A stretch of DNA of 64,000 nt from assembly GCA_951406725.2 (NCBI GenBank), contig OX597816.1, forward strand, positions 162,378,001 to 162,442,000, written 5' to 3'. A model generated the notes under the pieces. That model saw only the letters and a program-made list of their open reading frames with translations, was not told the DNA's origin and did no database searches. The translations under genes were made by a program, and so were the position numbers. This DNA is from Octopus vulgaris (Eukaryota). Of this stretch, positions 59,623 through 64,000 are shown in pieces. The first letter of the stretch is position 1; each line of letters begins with the position of its first letter.

Positions 59623-60267
59623 TGTAAACATATAGAAGACATTTTATACATATATAGCAAACAACGTCTGTATACTTTCCATACTAACATCCACGAGGGA
59701 AAAGGGAGTATTAAAATAAAGTTTCGAAACATAGATATAAATATAAATAAATATAAATATAAATAAATATTCGAGTAAAAATAGATAAAATATGGAGAAA
59801 TCACATTTAATTGAAGAGTAATCACGGCCCATAAGTCAGAAGTTCAAAGTGCAACAATGCAGTAGACCCACTGGAACTCCAACTTACCATAAAAAAGCTA
59901 ATACGTGAATGAATATATATATTAAATGCATAGGCTTAAAATCGGATTCAGCTATGTTAGAAAAGAAAAAATTTAATGCAAGAGGAGAAAACCGCAAAAC
60001 AACAGAACAATATTGAGAAAAATAGGAAAACAAGCCCTGCGGTGATCGAAACTTAACAGTAACTTGTTCAACAGACTAAATGAAGGGGAAATTGTATGAC
60101 CTTTAGGCCGCAGAAGTGCGACGCCAATTTTGACTTGTCAGGAAATAAATGGTAATTGAATAGAATAATTGCTGCATGTTTATAAATGTGTAGACTAGCT
60201 TTTCCATAGTGCTGTTTCGGTTCTATGAAGTCATCCAAGAACTATATATATATATGCATATTTATGC

Positions 60268-60348
<81 letters not shown>

Positions 60349-60374
60349 TATATATAATTATATAAACAATTGCT

Positions 60375-60574
60375 GTTAGATTCTCTTCAACATTTAAATT
60401 TAATTTGTGTCAAAATATTTTCCTTGTTTTGAAACCTGATCACTGACAAAACTTCGCGCTGCAGCCCAAAACTTCGTGATGTAGCACGAAGTTTTGTCAT
60501 TGAACAGGACGTGGTTTCAAAGGGACGAAAATTCTTTGACACAAATCAAATTCAAATGTTGAAGTGAACCTAAC
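60375..60574. repeat. ~200-bp imperfect palindrome
   Basis: CTTCAACATTTAAATTTAATTTGTGTCAAA pairs with TTTGACACAAATCAAATTCAAATGTTGAAG; GACAAAACTTCG pairs with CGAAGTTTTGTC. Confidence 0.85.
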
Positions 60575-60731
60575 GTTTTTTTTTTTTTGTGTTCTTAAAT
60601 GGATTATAAACGTCTTCTAAGTTGCAGTTGTTTTTGTTCCAGCACACAATCTTAGATCAAGTCACTTGTTACGCGAGTAAATATCCGTAATATAAATATA
60701 TACATAGATATATAGAAATTTATATATAAAG

Positions 60732-60908
60732 CGTAGGAGTGGCTGTGTGGTAAGTACCACATGGTTCCGGGTTCAGTCCCATGCTTGAAACTTTGGACAA
60801 GTATCTTCTGCTATGGTTCCGGGCCGACCAAAGCCTTATGAGTCGATTTGGTAGACAGGAACTGAAATAAGCCCGTCGTATATATATATATATATATATA
60901 TATAAGAC

Positions 60909-60953
<45 letters not shown>

Positions 60954-61170
60954 TGTGCGCGCGCGTGGGTGTGCGTTTATTTGTTTGTCTGTGTTTGTTC
61001 CTCCAACATCGCTTGACAGCCGATGCAGGTGTGTTTACGTCTCCGTTCTCAAAAGAGAACGATAGAATAAGTTCTAGGCTTACAAAGAATAAGTTCTGTG
61101 GTCGATTTGCTCGACTAAAAGCGGTGCTCCAGTATGGCCGCAATTAAATGACTGAAACAAATAAAAGACT
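60732..61170 (+). mobile_element. SINE family B
   Basis: Head GTAGGAGTGGCTGTGTGGTAAG and tail GCGGTGCTCCAGTATGGCCGC. Confidence 0.88.
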
Positions 61171-61172
61171 AA

Positions 61173-61206
<34 letters not shown>

Positions 61207-62139
61207 ATTATGTTAAATACCTGAGCTAACTGACTTCACTGTGTTGCAGTATGCTCAAATTTCTGCTTCTGTTATTTAGTCACAAATAATCAGTTCAGAT
61301 CTAACAGATTCATAATCGTATTTTAGGTTTGTCTAACATTACATTACCTAATGTGTCTTTGCCTATTTAAGAAAATATGGTGAGATTCCAAAAAGATTTG
61401 CTTGCCATTTCTAAAGTGTTGTACCGTTGACTAATGTTCTAATTCCTATTTGCGTGATCTATATCGATGTATTACTATTTTATCCGAGTATTTTCTGAGT
61501 GAGATACTAGTGTTTTCGTTGTGTGGTTTAATTCTAGATAAGATCAACAATTGTGAAAATGGAGATAATGGCGATACTTCCGGTTTCCTCTTTAAAGTTT
61601 TATCGTTATTCGGGATTCTTTTGTGCAATATTTCCATTTGTATCTATGTATTTATTTATCTTTGGGGTTGTAGGAAAAGACTACGGGCCAAATTTCCTTT
61701 GCAAACACGCGAGACCCCACGAGATCCTTGAGATCAACGCGGTTTATTTCTAAGACTTTTATACGCTTTATATGTACCCTGGGCGTATTATTTTATCTTC
61801 CAAAATATTTTGGTTCGTGTTTCGCACGGAACCGTCACTTCCAGTAGCTTCCATTTTTGGTCAGTATACCACTTTTCGTTCAGCTCCTTTAATTTTCTAC
61901 GTTTATCATTTATCGTAAGATGGTCTACCCTTTGACCTTTCTGGACTGTTAAAACTTGGAATGTGCTATCCAATACCGTTAGCAATTTAAAGATGGCAGG
62001 GTGACATTTGAGGGATACCTGGCTATTATGTCAAGCGGTTCGTATGATCACGTAAAAGCTAATTTGTTGGCATGTCATTATTGTTCATTATTTACAATAT
62101 TTACATTTGACGGATAATTGTCCTCATCTTGTTTGTTGT

Positions 62140-62187
62140 AAACACAACGTTTCGGCTGATATACCCTCCAGCCTTCATCAGGTGTTT
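62140..62187 (-). ncRNA. Minimal type I hammerhead ribozyme
   Basis: AAACAC-CTGATGA-A-GGCTG-loop-CAGCC-GAAAC-GTT-GTGTTT: stems I and II intact, loopless ACGT stem III. Confidence 0.7.
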
Positions 62188-62264
62188 TGAGGAAATTTCG
62201 AACCTGGGTTCTCATTCCTAAGGCATTTTTCGATCTTCTTCTTCTTCTTCTTCTTCTTCTTCTT

Positions 62265-62346
<82 letters not shown>

Positions 62347-62375
62347 TCACTGCCTGGAATCGAACTCGGCCGTGA

Positions 62376-62465
<90 letters not shown>

Positions 62466-62535
62466 TAATAATAATAATAATAATAACATCGAAAAATACC
62501 TTAGAAATGAGAACCCAGGTTCAAAATTTCCCCAA

Positions 62536-62581
62536 GACACCTGATGAATGCTGGAGGGTATATCAGCCGAAACGTCGTGTT
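62536..62581 (+). ncRNA. Minimal type I hammerhead ribozyme with GUC site
   Basis: GACAC-CTGATGA-A-TGCTG-loop-CAGCC-GAAAC-GTC-GTGTT; predicted cleavage after 62576; first stem II pair is mismatched. Confidence 0.7.
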
Positions 62582-62923
62582 AACAACACACAAGCTGAGG
62601 ACAAATATCTGTCAACTGTAAATAACGTAAATAATGTACATAATTCTTCAGCTCTTAAATGTAGAACTGTCATTAATGTTATTGGTTGCGGTATTTCTGT
62701 TTGTGTTGAAGTTGTTGTTGTGGTTGTTGTTGACCACATTACCATTCTTACACAGAAAAAGCAAGTTAGCACTATTATGCTGCTACTTTAATCTCCATTG
62801 TAAAATATTATATTTGTTTTGTCGAACAAACGAGCGACACATAAAATTTAAATATCTTCTCCAATGAAAATTAGGTATTCCTCAGAAAAATGTTTCCTCC
62901 CTAATTAAATATTTTATAAATGT

Positions 62924-63270
<347 letters not shown>

Positions 63271-64000
63271 AAATTCTATAAATATATGTAAAAGAATTGT
63301 GAAACATACATAAGGACTCCTACTGCCTAAAAGAACTTCAGATTAAAACGGGCACTTGCCCAATTAAGAAATTTTTAATTAATGAAAATTACATATTTAG
63401 TGATGAGAACATTCATTATTTTAATGACTAATTCTAACGACAAAAAAAAAACGGAGAGGAAAACCAGCACAAAATTTTAATTACTGAAGATTAATTCAAT
63501 ATAGAATGCAATGGTGATTGAATCTATTCTTTAGCAGTATGATGTCAACTCTAAGGAGAATTGTTTCGAGGTTTATTGTAAATTTTATTTCCTATGACTT
63601 AACTTGAGCATGAAGGAGAGTGCCTATCGAATTTTTCAGAAATTCAAAGATGGCTGGAAGGAAGGTTGAATTTTAACTCTGACCGAATTTCTCATTAGAG
63701 TATTCTCTGAGAAATCAAAGGCGACGTAAAGGTTATGTTGTGGTGTTAAACCAGCGACGGATCGAATCTGTCAGAGAAGCATTGTTTAACTAACACTTCG
63801 GAACGCAGATAATTAGGGTGGGTTTTAGGATTTTATAGAATGTATTCTGAATGGCGATATAACCTTGAAAAACCACAAGGGGATGCCTGATGTATTAAAA
63901 TTTAATGGGTAAATGGAAGCTTTACGAACGGTTTTGGACGTAATGATCCAAACAGATCTACACAAACACATATCTTTTATCTTATATTTGTTTCAGACAT

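Larger units (their letters stand above)
62082..62670. mobile_element. Palindromic head-to-head dimer of a hammerhead-bearing element
   Basis: Unique arms 62082-62234 and 62488-62640 are inverted copies; inner (CTT)/(TTA) versus (TAA) tracts and TTCAGGTCAC/GTGACCTGAA extend the symmetry. Confidence 0.88.

Noticed and set aside
61788-61985. 65-aa minus-strand ORF as a host exon
   Set aside because: Non-ATG start, no homology I recognise, and no clear splice boundaries.

Overview
This is repeat-saturated, AT-rich animal genomic DNA. The SINE families and microsatellite load resemble what I recall of octopus genomes (recollection, not a search result). Almost all ORF-track entries are translations of microsatellites. 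Content I can support: (i) three or more tRNA-derived SINE families with exchangeable heads and tails, some as precise ~183-bp tandem multimers; (ii) a decayed APE+RT LINE whose 3' stem-loop is shared with one SINE family; (iii) two mariner relics, one Tc1 relic with DD36E spacing, a non-autonomous Helitron, a HINE-like element, a Penelope-like GIY-YIG fragment and a probable R4/Dong relic; (iv) several fold-back elements; (v) minimal hammerhead-ribozyme motifs, best seen in a ~560-bp palindrome at 62.1-62.6 kb that joins a Pol III B-box, a microsatellite and a hammerhead; and (vi) a candidate two-exon 71-aa minus-strand ORF (37519-37470 joined to 33480-33315) absent from the ORF track. I recognised no known host protein-coding gene. 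Boundaries of decayed repeats are approximate, read by eye.
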